A DNA stretch of 61,321 bases, the filler included, from Asterionella formosa (lineage: Eukaryota): the NCBI GenBank assembly GCA_002256025.1. It is 9 parts of 9 records of this genome, joined end to end, with 100 filler letters (N's around TTAATTAATTAA, not from the genome) between each part and the next. Parts side by side here need not be neighbours in the genome. Positions count along the whole stretch, not along the records: positions 1 to 6,739 come from NKIB01012624.1; positions 6,840 to 13,574 come from NKIB01012625.1; 7 more parts are not named here. The stretch is one strand, 5' to 3'. This document shows, piece by piece, positions 1-11,160 of the stretch. The position numbers and the translations under genes are program-made. The notes under the pieces are model-generated. The model did not search any database and had not been told where the DNA came from. It saw only the letters and a program-made list of their open reading frames with translations. Position 1 is the stretch's first letter. Each line of letters starts with the position of its first letter.

Positions 1-315
1 ACATGAAACCGTTAAAAGTAATCTTTTTTACGTGAAGAGTGGCATTAATGCATGTGAAGTACCACATAATTAACACTCATACGTAGACGAAATTTCGAAA
101 AGTGGCGTATTTCGCGGCTTAGATGTATGCGGTGGAGATGCTGCTCTAACCATGGACCGAAGAAATCAAACTGTATCATTTTGGTTTCAGTAGCGAAAGA
201 CCCAATGCAAATGTGTTACTTTAAGGGATTAATGAACAAAGGTTACATAAACATAAGATTTAATTTTGACAACTTAGAATGTAGCAAGCACAAACCCAGT
301 TATTATCAGTGCAGA

Positions 316-691
316 TACAAACAACCTGTTATTGGTTTCTATAGGTGATGGAGGGTATGCAATAACATGGTCCCATACAAACAACCTGACATTCTTGGTA
401 TCTATAGGTGATGGGGGGTATGCAATAGCATGGTCCCGTACAAACAACCTGACATTCTTGGTATCTATAGATAATGGAGGGTATGAAATAACATGGTCCC
501 ATACAAACAACCTGACATTGGTATCTATAGGTGATAGAGGGTATGAAATAACATGATTCTGTACAAACAACCTGACATTGGGTATCTATAGGTTATGGAG
601 GGTATGCAATGACATGATAGTCCCAAACAAACAACCTGACATTGGTATCTATAGGTGATGGAGGGTATGCAATAACATGGTCCCGTAAAAC
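316..691. repeat. Tandem minisatellite, ~6 units of 60-64 bp
   Basis: Unit TACAAACAACCTGACATT(CTT)GGTATCTATAGGTGATGGAGGGTATGCAATAACATGGTCCC recurs at about 316, 376, 439, 502, 562 and 626. A single diverged monomer with matching downstream flank lies at ~36388-36468. Confidence 0.95.
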
Positions 692-1679
692 AGACCACCA
701 TTAGTACCTATTTTTACTGTCAATCATGCATTACTAACCCCTTTTTCACTACAGCCAGTGAGCGCTATTCCAGTGCAAGAAGAAGATAAACGTTGACAAG
801 AAGAATAAGAAGACAGAGAAAAAAAGAAGTCACTGATGAAGAAATTGCGCCAGAACTGGATGTGCTGCTGAAAGCAATAAATTTTTGTGATGACAAGAAC
901 AAAGAAGACAACAAAGATAACGAGAAGACAAAGACAAAAACAACAAGTTGGAAGCCCTGAAATCAACAATTGTTTTGGATACTTCAAATTGGACCAACAG
1001 AAGTGGGGCCAAAAGGGCACCATCTTAAACCCAATCCACTCTCACCATCCAATTCTCCGGCTGACAATAGAATCGTAGTCTTAGAGAACTGAACCAAGAA
1101 CGAAGCTACCACAATTTTTTAAACTACTTCCAAATGAGGAAGCGACTATATGGGCCATGGAGCCAATTGCCAGCAACTCTAGTAGAATAGTAAGAATGCG
1201 CTATGTATGTTACAGAAATTCTACCAACAAGGCAGTATTTTATGGTAATATTGTTAAACTCAGAACAGAAAATACCTCTGAGGTATGATTGGCCACTATT
1301 TAAGTGGCCAGTATGAGGTGGTATGTACCTCCGTTAAAATTTCCTCCAGTATAAATTCTGGCTGATTTTTCCCCTTATTTTGGTAGAATATTCTACCCAA
1401 TTGTACAAAATGAGTTAGGGTTAGCCTTGGGTTGTTCAAAAAGTCCTGTCTAATTTGTACCCATTGAGCACCATGCATTGCGTTGATAATAGGAGTACCA
1501 GCTAAAAAGATTATTTTACTGCATCTTCAAACTGAAAATATTTATTAAATACAAGAATCCAAAGTTGATGCAATTATTACACTCTCAATCATCATACTAT
1601 TAAGTAATCATCTTTTCCTCAGTGTATTTGAATTTTTGGAGGAGGATTGCTCTGCATCTGTGGGGCTTCATGAAGATTA

Positions 1680-2051
1680 AAAAATATAGCCATGTACACT
1701 ATAATGTCAGGAGTTAACTTCTGGAGAGAAAGTGCAGTTGCTTATGTATTGTAGACTTTTTACTATGCTTGATAGCCTCCTTTTTTACTATTTGTGGGAT
1801 AGTCACGAACTGCACTTTCTCTCCAGAAATGAGGTCCTTACCATATCTGAAGATAGAACATAGCACCATTACGTTGACCAATGACTGAATCTAAGCATAT
1901 GCAAAGTGGAGGGTTTGGTAAAAGCTAATTTTGCTTTTAACTATTTTATTTAGTTGTGCTTAAAGTTTGGATTTAGGTACATAATAAAAAATTAATTTTG
2001 GGAAAATACAGATCCTCTCCCAATTTGTAACTGCGTTGGGGCCGCGCAACC
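1680..2051 (+). mobile_element. Diverged 3' end of a Kolobok-like DNA transposon
   Basis: 1708-1925 aligns by eye with the reverse complement of ~32705-32922 (CAGGAGTTAACTTCTGGAGAGAAAGTGCAG vs CAGAAGTTAACTTTCGGCGAGCAACTGCAG; ACTGAATCTAAGCATATGCAAAG vs ACTGTATTTAAGCATGTGGAAAG). It contains a perfect 21-bp inverted repeat (1719-1739/1808-1828) and ends at ...AACC followed by TTAA (2052-2055). Confidence 0.55.
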
Positions 2052-2055
2052 TTAA

Positions 2056-2545
2056 TGTTCCTGCATTCTTTGAACCCCTAGCTTGAGGTATCGTTTAATT
2101 TGGAATAGTAAAACAACCGAAGTTCTTTTCTGCAGTTTCTCGCCGGAAAATATACCGGTAATACTGATACTATTTGATGGATACCTATGTACTGAAATTG
2201 CCTTCAGATCCAGCCGATGATGAGTGAGCTACTATTGTAGTCCGAAAATTCGACGGAATCGGCCTTTTCTACAGTCTCCAAAATATCGGATTCAGAATGA
2301 CTATGAACCGAAACGTCATCATCGGAATAGTAGTCATTTGCCGGATTTTTTGTCCTAAAATCTCCTGTCCATTCCATTATAAATGCGCGTGATCATATAG
2401 ATAATATGATTGGTCAACGTGAATTACTTACCTCCATTTGATTGACTGGCTTGATCTGCAAACCTACACCAGCCAAAATGGATGTACAGTAGCACTGTAT
2501 CCACTGCCCCTGGTAGCTGATCATCATTGATCATACACATACCAG
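2056..2545 (-). mobile_element. Degenerate copy of the 3' end of the Kolobok-like transposon at 32593-34062
   Basis: After TTAA, TGTTCCTGCATT..TGAACCCCTAGCTTGAGGTA matches 32593 AGTTCCTGCATTTGAACCCCTAGCTCGAGGTA. 2311-2545 matches 33061-33330 (AAACGTCATCATCGGAATAG...GGTAGCTGATCATCATTGATCATAC), including the intron. Confidence 0.85.
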
Positions 2546-3332
2546 AACTAGAATGCATATTCAAATATTTGCCAGTCCACTGGGTCATAGGGCACATACA
2601 TGTTGATCCATATATGTTGATCGTACTAGTATAGGGTATATATACATCTAGCATACTTGTAGAATGTTTATAGTGTATATATTTAGCAAATTCAAAAAGG
2701 AATCTTTGTATGTATACGCGCCAATTTCCATTGCCCCAAAAGGGGTAAATATACTGGTAGTGGGCGGTCGTTTACAGTTTTTGACTTGTATCAGGGTAGG
2801 GTACCAGTACGAGGGTACCAGGTACATGGTACTTACTACCTGGTATGTTAGGAGTACACAAACAAACACAGCAGAATTCAGCCACATCATAGTACATGTC
2901 CACTCTCGCCTGTACTTTTTTCAATGGAAGAATTGGGTGGAAACTGGGATCGCCATTCATGATTGGTTTCTATTTCATTTTCGGATTTTTAAAAATCCTA
3001 TATATATACCGCTATAAATAAATACTTTTTTACAGACGGTTTTACTATTAAGGAAAACTAAGCTAAATTGCTCATTCACCATAACTTGCTATGTTTTTTT
3101 TGGTGATATATACTTTTTATTTCCTCACGCTCGTCACCAATGATTTTATAGTAGGACCTGGTGACAGCCTTTGCTTTTGTCGGATCCTCTGAGTGATGTT
3201 TTGGTTTACGAACTTTTTATGAAACACCAAATATTGACTTTTCAAAATATAATTTGAACAATCTCCATCAACAAAATAGATCGGTGCCAGTGACTCCAAC
3301 TTTACTGCAACACAATACAATACAGCTGCTGA

Positions 3333-4661
3333 ATGATGGACAACTGCGGCATGATGGTTACTGACAGCACCATCATGAGACTTTCATCACCGAACGCTAT
3401 TCAAAAGAACTTGCAACTTGTGCTGTTATTAGCAATGTTGATGCTGCCTGTTGAACCATTTGGCTTTACCACTCTCAACCATTGTCATCAACGATGCTTG
3501 TCAACAACAACAACAACAACAACAAAACTCCTTGGCTGGGTGGAACGACCCGACGGAGAGTGGGAATGGCAAGAAGACGATAAACAATACGTTGCACCTA
3601 TTCGGACAGCCGCAGTTGCACTCAAGGAAAGTACATCCACACCGACACTTCCTGGGGGATCGTTTCGGCCCAAACAATCCCTGGGACAAAACTTCTTACG
3701 AGATGCCAATACAGTCAATAAAATGATTCGAGCCTTTCATCAAGATGCTACCAAGACTGGAAATAACATTTCCACAATTATTGAATTAGGTCCTGGTGCA
3801 GGAGCATTGACAGATCCTTTGGTGGCCAATTATGGAACAAATGTTCTCAAGTGTATTGAACTAGATCCACGATCTGTCGAATTGTTACAAGAAAAACATC
3901 CTGGATTGCAGGTGATGCATCAAGATGTGTTGCAAGCAGACTATCCTGCCTTGGCTCAAGAGTATCAAACACCCTTGACCATTGTGGGAAATTTACCATA
4001 CTACATTACCTCTCAAATTCTCTTTGCCTTGGCCGATGCATCTCATTCAGGAGCTGTCCAAAGTGCCACCGTCACGATGCAATGGGAAGTGGCTCAACGC
4101 ATGGTTGCCAAACCATGTACAAAAGACTATGGCATCCTCAGTGTTGTCTTTCAATTGTACGCCAGTACTAAATTGCATTTTAAAATCCCACCCACTGTCT
4201 TTTATCCACAACCCAAGGTTGACAGTGCCCTGGTGGGGTTGCATTTTTTGGGACCCAACCTTTTGCGTGATCGATTGGCAGGGGTCGATCCCAAACATGT
4301 TCGCCAAGTAGTTACAACGTCCTTCCAACAACGACGCAAGACGGTGCGGAATAGTTTGAAAAAACTTGTCAAGGAGATGTACAAGGACGATTCTACTGTC
4401 GATGATATGGGTGCAACATTCTTTCAACGGGCGGCTCCGCTGCAGTTGCCATCACGTGTACAAGCGGCTGTGGACCGAGGGGATGACTTTGCTAAACAAC
4501 AAGCATTGCCCAATGATTGGGCATCGAAACGTCCAGAAGAATTTACACCTGGACAATTTGTTGAACTGACTCGGCTCATCTTTGGACCAGCTGATGGTGA
4601 AGTAGACGATGAAAAGCCATTGGGTAGGAAAGTTTGGAGAAAACTTAAACACGGGGATTGA
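3333..4661 (+). CDS. ksgA: KsgA/Dim1-family rRNA adenine dimethyltransferase, probably plastid-targeted (PFC1/RsmA-like)
   Basis: Motifs KQSLGQNFL, IELGPGAGALT, VGNLPYYIT, QWEVAQR, YGILSV, PPTVFYPQPKVDS, FQQRRKTVRNSL. N-terminal hydrophobic signal followed by F and a Thr-rich transit-like stretch. The true start may be a downstream Met. Confidence 0.95.
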   Translation: MMDNCGMMVTDSTIMRLSSPNAIQKNLQLVLLLAMLMLPVEPFGFTTLNHCHQRCLSTTTTTTTKLLGWVERPDGEWEWQEDDKQYVAPIRTAAVALKESTSTPTLPGGSFRPKQSLGQNFLRDANTVNKMIRAFHQDATKTGNNISTIIELGPGAGALTDPLVANYGTNVLKCIELDPRSVELLQEKHPGLQVMHQDVLQADYPALAQEYQTPLTIVGNLPYYITSQILFALADASHSGAVQSATVTMQWEVAQRMVAKPCTKDYGILSVVFQLYASTKLHFKIPPTVFYPQPKVDSALVGLHFLGPNLLRDRLAGVDPKHVRQVVTTSFQQRRKTVRNSLKKLVKEMYKDDSTVDDMGATFFQRAAPLQLPSRVQAAVDRGDDFAKQQALPNDWASKRPEEFTPGQFVELTRLIFGPADGEVDDEKPLGRKVWRKLKHGD

Positions 4662-4771
4662 GGTCGTCCCCACTAAAATAAATTTGCCAAAGAAGCGATT
4701 TGATAGATGTATGCAACTAATGGCTCTTAATATAAAAAGTGATGTGCTATCTATTTAGTTTCAGTTTTTAT

Positions 4772-5239
4772 TTATTCTGTAGTTGCAGTGTCCTCCTTCT
4801 CTCCTTCATTCGTTCGTTTCATTCGTTCCATCTTCCAAATCTCTTTGAATTCTCTTGTTTGATCAATTTTAAGTTTGTCTGTCATACCAAATCCATTATA
4901 ATTTCCCTCAACTCGTCCAGATGGGTTAACTTTTCGTTTGCCATAGAAAATTTCTCCATTTCCCATTCGTTTGTTAAAAAAGTCATCCACAGCATCATCG
5001 AACCGTTTCCAAAAGGAGTCATTGTTGTTACTATTGTTGTTGTCATTTGATAGCGACAGTACTACCAATGGCTTTGTTTGCTTCATGTTGATAGTGTTCT
5101 GCTCATCATTTTGTTGTGACATTGTACAACTACGGCTTCGTTGAACTGTAAAAGCATCAATAGAAACAACACAAAGCAACACTGTTGTTGCCATCATCCA
5201 GAGGGACAAAACAGAAAGTATCGTCTTCGTTGTCGTCAT
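4772..5239 (-). CDS. Small protein of unknown function with bipartite plastid presequence
   Basis: 155-aa ORF. Signal peptide ending SIDA-FTV (ASAF-like), then a transit-like region and a compact domain (FFNKRMGNGEIFYGKRK). Convergent with ksgA. Confidence 0.7.
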   Translation of the reverse strand: MTTTKTILSVLSLWMMATTVLLCVVSIDAFTVQRSRSCTMSQQNDEQNTINMKQTKPLVVLSLSNDNNNSNNNDSFWKRFDDAVDDFFNKRMGNGEIFYGKRKVNPSGRVEGNYNGFGMTDKLKIDQTREFKEIWKMERMKRTNEGEKEDTATTE

Positions 5240-5680
5240 GGTGGGTGTATGAAATCTTTAACGAGTCATAGGTTTATAATGATTCTTTTGTAAATGGCAC
5301 AGTGAAACTTGGTGGAGAGAGATGGCTGTGTCGAGGATACTACCGGTTCATATACCGGTATATAGATAAGGACAGTTTACCGGTATTTATTCATGAATAA
5401 GCTATTTATTAGATCATACTACACTGATAATGTGGTCTAATTGCGAAAGTAAAAATAGTATACGGTAAATAAATGAGGGGATGTCAAAGGACCTTTGTTA
5501 CACTTATATTACGTAACACTCCGTACAAAACAGTATTATGATGATGACTCAGCGCCACAGCGAAGAACATGTCTGCCGGTTCCAGCAAGTTACGGTCATT
5601 TTGCTTATGCTTACAATTAATCTAGGACAAAGACAGCTAAATCTTTAGTATCAGCAAAATTATCGCAACTTGCAGGTACC

Positions 5681-6681
5681 TCAGCTAACCGCCGATATCA
5701 TGACTGTGCTACCACGCACATGATTCATTTCAGCGAACGTTTGTTCAAATTCCAAGTGCTCACTAATTGTTTCTGGACCATGAAATTCTTTCTTCTTGTT
5801 ACGAATGATGCGAGGGACGAGTCCATTGACTATGTAGTATTCCCACATCATATTTGCCATTGAATTGGCAAACATCATCACTGCCAGAGTCCATCGGAAG
5901 GACAAAGGCATGACAGTTGAGGCATATGGGTTTTGTAAAGGCACCAATTCATCGCCTCCCCCAGACGTAACTTGACGAACCACGTCATCGTTCAGACAGT
6001 TGACCCGGAAGAGGCAGGACAACATTCCAGGAACAAGGGTAATGTAAAATTGAATAAAAGAGAAACTTATTGAGAGGATTGCAAATCGCCAGTTCATGTA
6101 CCATGCAGCACGATGTTCATAACCAAAATTGTATGCCATGGCAGAACTTAAAAATTGAAGTCCCGAAACAAGAAAAATGACAGTAGACTCATAATTGTCA
6201 CCGATTGTGAGCACATTCGAAACGTCAGTGCCTCCCCTATTGATGATGTTTGTGTGAGTGTTTGTGAGGGGCAAAATGTTAGTGATGATTGATTGATGAA
6301 CCAGTAAACTAGAAAAACAATCAAAAATAGAAGATTCGTGCAGTTCCAAGAACATTGAACAAATGAATCAGATATGCATCTTACCATTTGCGACACTGGT
6401 ACCAGTCCTGGTGCAGCAAAGATGATAATGCAATCACAACGAATATAAAATTGATGGCCAACACACCACATGCACTGAGCATGGTATGCAAGCCAAAAAG
6501 AGACGACGTAGGCCGAGTATTTGCAAGATTCTTAGCGGCTTGGGCAAGGGGAAGCGTGAACGCCATGCACAAAACCCAGATTCCGTCCATGAAAACCCAA
6601 TTCCATTCGGCAAATGTTATGTTAAACCAAGCATTGGCGACTTGGTTGATTACCTCCACTTGCCCGTACATCACCATATAC
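5681..6681 (-). CDS. 3' part of a P5-type (ATP13A-like) cation-transporting ATPase; exons 6681-6385 and 6236-5681, truncated by the scaffold end
   Basis: YMVMYG, RPTSSLFG and DNYESTVIFLV motifs plus C-terminal transmembrane helices. A GTAAG...TAG intron at 6384-6237 joins QCRKW to GGTDVS in frame. Confidence 0.85.
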
Positions 6682-6739
6682 CTTAGAAGCGCAAAAATAT
6701 TTGAGAGACAGGTGTGGGTAAGCAACAGCAAAAAAGTCA

Positions 6740-6839
6740 NNNNNNNNNNNNNNNNNNNNNNNNNNNNNNNNNNNNNNNNNNNNTTAATTAATTAANNNNN
6801 NNNNNNNNNNNNNNNNNNNNNNNNNNNNNNNNNNNNNNN
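6740..6839. other. Artificial scaffold linker N44-TTAATTAATTAA-N44 (also at 13575-13674, 20405-20504, 27235-27334, 34063-34162, 40886-40985, 47704-47803, 54521-54620)
   Basis: An identical 100-bp spacer with stops in all six frames occurs 8 times, and the intervening segments decrease steadily in length. Confidence 0.98.
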
Positions 6840-6865
6840 TTTCGGAAAGCCCATCCATCGCAATG

Positions 6866-9751
6866 CTAATCATCTCTCCATGGCAAGTGGCATTCGGCAG
6901 TTCGTCGATGGCAACGATCGTCATCGAGACACGGATCAATTATTCGCCCTGTGTTCATGAACTCTTTGATTTGCCCAATTAATTTCTCATCACGGCGAAC
7001 GCAAATATGAACATCGTTTCGAGATGCAAACCGATCGTCTGTCGGAAGGCTTGTATACTCTTTCTCGTAGAGTAATTCCGTCAGTGTAAAATTTGGACCG
7101 AGCGATGTATTTGATGCCGGTTCCCCAACGCCTACTCCGAATATTTTACGAGGATTACCGTGCAATGCAGATGCACCCAGACCACGCGCAAGGGCTTCGG
7201 CTGATAGCGAAGGAACAACAGCATCGCCAAGACCAGCTTGTAAGAGCATCCGAGGCCATTCTTCGGTCTTAGGTCCTGCAAGTACCCCGCTTCCTTCAAC
7301 GGAGTCCCATGCCATTTGTGTCAAGTAGAGTAGAATTCGAACATGACGATTTGAGTAAAAATTGAGTAGCAGAACAGAATCATATCCAGAGAAGTCAAGC
7401 GAACGACTCATTACGAGAGCAAATGGTGTCCCTGGTACTCCCAAAATTGCACGATCAATAAGCTTTGTTGGGCCTGAGAGAGCCGCGTAGCCTGCACCTA
7501 AGATGCCTCCTTGAGAAATGCCATAAAACACAGAAGCTGGAGTCCTGTTTTGATAAGTTGGTACGGGTCGATTTCGATTGAATCCAGTATGAAATTGAAG
7601 CCATTGCAAATCTAGCATGCCATTCTGTGAGAAGTGCTGGAGAGCAAATTTGTTGGCGTAACCTTGAATCAAATTGTCCCGAATAGCATGAAACAAACGC
7701 GGTTTCGCCATTAAGGTTTTTATAACAATTGGGAGATCGTATACAGACATACCCCTCCAGTCCATTGCCATGATGATATACCCTTCGTCGTTCGCCATTT
7801 TCTGTAGAAAACCATCAGAAGCCTCATCGCGACTGAAAAAGAGCCCATGACCAAATTCCATGATGGCACGCAAATCTGTTGCATTGGGCCCTTTGACGGC
7901 CGCTGCTCGTAATGAACAAGGGACATGAACTACAAATTTGGCTTTACCCATTGTTACTGATGCACCACTTTCCACAGCATAGTTGTCAAGAGTCGCTTGG
8001 CGCTGGCCGACCCCAAAGCCATTTAGAAACCAGGGGACATCTAACTCGGCATGTATGGTTCGTGCAATCAATTCATGTTTGGAACAAGCTCCTTCCACTT
8101 TTCGGATAACTCGAACGTGATCTTTCCAATTGCCCCAGGAGGGATCAGAAATAATACGCATAGTGGCATCTCTAACTTTTCTTACGGGACCAAGTTGAGA
8201 TTCCGCACTCACAGTATGGAAGTCAAAAATCAGCTGAATCTGAGATACAAGTCGGGGTACCCATGGTGCTGCTTTTCGTAATGCAGGAATCACTTTGTTT
8301 TTGTATCGACGAAACCTCTCTGCGTCCAAAGTTCTATCTGCAAAAAATGCCTTCATACCAGGTGTCGGTGAGAGTAGTTCCCCGTGAATGTCGGTCGCCC
8401 CAACCACAGCGAGGGCATAGTGCGTATTGTGATTCAACGGTTGTGCTGGGAATACTAGTACCAGGGGCCGTTTCTCATCCAAGTAGTCGATTTCGGCACT
8501 ATGGTGTACAAGCTTCTGCGTCGACACGTCAACGAGCAAAGTAATTGAATTTTTAGTCACAGATTCTTCAATATTTTCGTGGCCTTGCAATCTAACAGTA
8601 TTATTTGTGGGCTGACGATGAGCCTCCTTCAGACCGTCGATGTAAAATAGTAGGGGAGCCATTGTACTGAATCCATCCAATTTGTTCAAAAAGGATGGAT
8701 CTATTTGTATTCCACCCTTTAGAGGAGGCAATGTCTCCCCTTGAAGATTGACGCGCCAGCCTGTGACTGTAGTATTATCTGGTAGTAGGTGGTGAAAGGA
8801 TGGAAATGGGAGACAGCATTCGGTTGTATCGAAGGGATCGCAATGATCTCCAAACTGTGGTGGAGGACTCCAACTGATCAAGTGCATTATCGCAGAGTTG
8901 AAACACCAAACGAATAATAGTATTGAAACTGAAAAGAGAACCCAGAGGAGCCACTGTAATACTGAGCATAACTTCCTCGTCGCGCTGACCGACAACGAGA
9001 CCCAATATTCATCTAGGCATGAAAGACAGGATACGAACATTTGTGGAAGTCTCGGGTCATCAATTAAGTTATGATTGTACCGCTGCGTATAGCATAGAGC
9101 GCTGATCGCGGCAACATCAACAATCAATCTCAATGCTGCTACTGTTCGTCCGATGATTCGTAACAATTCCATGTTGTCCTTGACGTCGGCCCATTCAGTC
9201 ACCGTTGTTCCGTCAATTTCCGTAAAGAAAGCGGATATGAACACAGTCCAAACTCCGTGGTAAAGTAATCCAAAGAGACAAAGATCTAAAATAAGAGTGG
9301 ATACTCGACGACATGTCGATCGAGCATGGGATCCAAAGCGGTCTACCGGTATCATCGATTTTGCAGTCCACAATGACAATGCTAAGTGAAATGCAAATAG
9401 AGTGGATGGCCAGCTTCTGCCAGTCAAATCGCTAATAGTGAAAATGGCAGTTGTCATCAAAGGAAATACCAAAACGATGGCCATGAGCGCGTTGAGGAGC
9501 CATGGATCTGTCCAACTGAACAGGTAGTCCTCAACAGGCGACGAATTGAAGCCTTCGCTCTGATCGTCCTCGAAAATCTCAATCGGTTCAGAATTACCCT
9601 GGTCCACTTCAAAGGACGCAACAGCTGACGTGACTTTCACATTCGTTCCTTCGTCACCGGAATGTCCTATTACCTCCAGAACTTCGGACGAGAGCCCAGG
9701 ATCGATATCATCTACGATTGGGATTCGTCCATAGTTTGATTTGCTGGCCAT
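6866..9751 (-). CDS. Large intronless membrane-anchored alpha/beta-hydrolase (lipase-like, bacterial-type)
   Basis: First ATG at 9751 (MASKS). About 5-6 hydrophobic helices in the N-terminal third, then CDPFDTTECCLPFPS, LDGFST, FGHGLF, nucleophile elbow GISQGG, GLGDAVV (Asp) and DVH (His). Confidence 0.8.
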   Translation of the reverse strand: MASKSNYGRIPIVDDIDPGLSSEVLEVIGHSGDEGTNVKVTSAVASFEVDQGNSEPIEIFEDDQSEGFNSSPVEDYLFSWTDPWLLNALMAIVLVFPLMTTAIFTISDLTGRSWPSTLFAFHLALSLWTAKSMIPVDRFGSHARSTCRRVSTLILDLCLFGLLYHGVWTVFISAFFTEIDGTTVTEWADVKDNMELLRIIGRTVAALRLIVDVAAISALCYTQRYNHNLIDDPRLPQMFVSCLSCLDEYWVSLSVSATRKLCSVLQWLLWVLFSVSILLFVWCFNSAIMHLISWSPPPQFGDHCDPFDTTECCLPFPSFHHLLPDNTTVTGWRVNLQGETLPPLKGGIQIDPSFLNKLDGFSTMAPLLFYIDGLKEAHRQPTNNTVRLQGHENIEESVTKNSITLLVDVSTQKLVHHSAEIDYLDEKRPLVLVFPAQPLNHNTHYALAVVGATDIHGELLSPTPGMKAFFADRTLDAERFRRYKNKVIPALRKAAPWVPRLVSQIQLIFDFHTVSAESQLGPVRKVRDATMRIISDPSWGNWKDHVRVIRKVEGACSKHELIARTIHAELDVPWFLNGFGVGQRQATLDNYAVESGASVTMGKAKFVVHVPCSLRAAAVKGPNATDLRAIMEFGHGLFFSRDEASDGFLQKMANDEGYIIMAMDWRGMSVYDLPIVIKTLMAKPRLFHAIRDNLIQGYANKFALQHFSQNGMLDLQWLQFHTGFNRNRPVPTYQNRTPASVFYGISQGGILGAGYAALSGPTKLIDRAILGVPGTPFALVMSRSLDFSGYDSVLLLNFYSNRHVRILLYLTQMAWDSVEGSGVLAGPKTEEWPRMLLQAGLGDAVVPSLSAEALARGLGASALHGNPRKIFGVGVGEPASNTSLGPNFTLTELLYEKEYTSLPTDDRFASRNDVHICVRRDEKLIGQIKEFMNTGRIIDPCLDDDRCHRRTAECHLPWRDD

Positions 9752-11160
9752 TCTTTCTGCTTGTGCTTTTGCTCTATCGCATGTTATCAACGCAGTTATA
9801 AGGACCAAGTGACAAAGATTCGAGACAACTTCCTAGAACGGACAAAACCACCATTTATAAATGCTTAATTTTGAAGAATAGATTTGTAATACATAAATTT
9901 AGCGGTAAATGGTGGTTTAAAAAGAAATTTCATTCTATGTGATAAATTTTTTTGTTTTAGATATATCTTTCATCGTTGCTCTGTTCGTTCTTCAGAGTCC
10001 TCGTTTGCGTTGCGCATTTTGTTGATCACCATGTCGTAGCAATTCTTTGTCGTAGACTACTATGATATTCATATCCCGGGGTACCCGTATATGCGATGAT
10101 AGTCATGATGCGTCTCAGATTGTGTCTGTTAGGCTGTTGATGTCGACTGGTGTCCAAAGGCTAGATGTAGTCTTTGCGTTGGAGGGGTGACTGTCTGAAT
10201 GGAAGCAAATACCCCAGGTATGGGCAGCATTCATGGTGCCAGTAATAAAACTGAGGTTCATTTCCTTCGGGCAAACAAAAATGAAAGTTTCTGATAAAAT
10301 AAGTTATGACATGAGGCGTTTTATCAAACTTGTCGGTTGGTTCCCTTAGGACACCTGTTTTTATCAATAATTTGTCAATAATCCGTGAATACTTCAGCAT
10401 GGCTTTTTCGGTAATTTCATACAACATCAATCTTTCGTGTTTTACTGTGGTCCAACTTACACCTACACCGCTTGCACTCTTTCAAGAAAAATCATGATAT
10501 TTCTTCATAACTTTTTTCATCATCATATGCATCATTATCCAAGTCAAAATCATCACAGATGACATGGCTAGAACACAGACAAAGTACTTGCTAAAGATCC
10601 ACATTTGTTCCATTTTGGACGAGGCTGTGGTTCAAATGGAGTTGTTGGAAGTAACAGATCAATCATGGGCACAAAGGAGAGGCTTCATTACAATGTTGAC
10701 ATAGGTTTATGTCTTGCTACATTGGTGGATGGTGCATTGGCAATGAATGCCGAAAAGCGGTGCTCCGGATTGAGTGCACTCCTCGGTTGAACTGATGGTT
10801 GCAACGACATAGCTTGTGCTGGTTCTTGGTATCACTCTTCCATCATATTGTAGCAAGCAGTTTTGGCGGGAAGAGTGGCTGGTTGTTGGAAATAGCCAAT
10901 GTTGACGACTGTTCACTGAAACTGTTCACTGAAATATGATGATGCTAAAAATCATAATAAATATATTATATATCAACCATTTCAAATAACCACAATCACT
11001 TATATATCAACCATTTCAAATACCACAAATACCACAAACCACACACCACACACCACAACAGACCAACACAACACGCCAGCACAGGAAACAGCAATGAGAG
11101 ACCGCACTCAACCAAAATTATTATTTGCTACTTAAATGGCATTGCAATATTAACAGCAGG

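Noticed and set aside
316..691. Possible CRISPR array or repeat-protein gene
   Set aside because: The whole unit repeats with no unique spacers, and the reading frame breaks in the later units.
6784..6795. TTAATTAATTAA as a biological motif or TTAA target site
   Set aside because: Always centred in exactly 44+44 Ns; it is an assembly linker.
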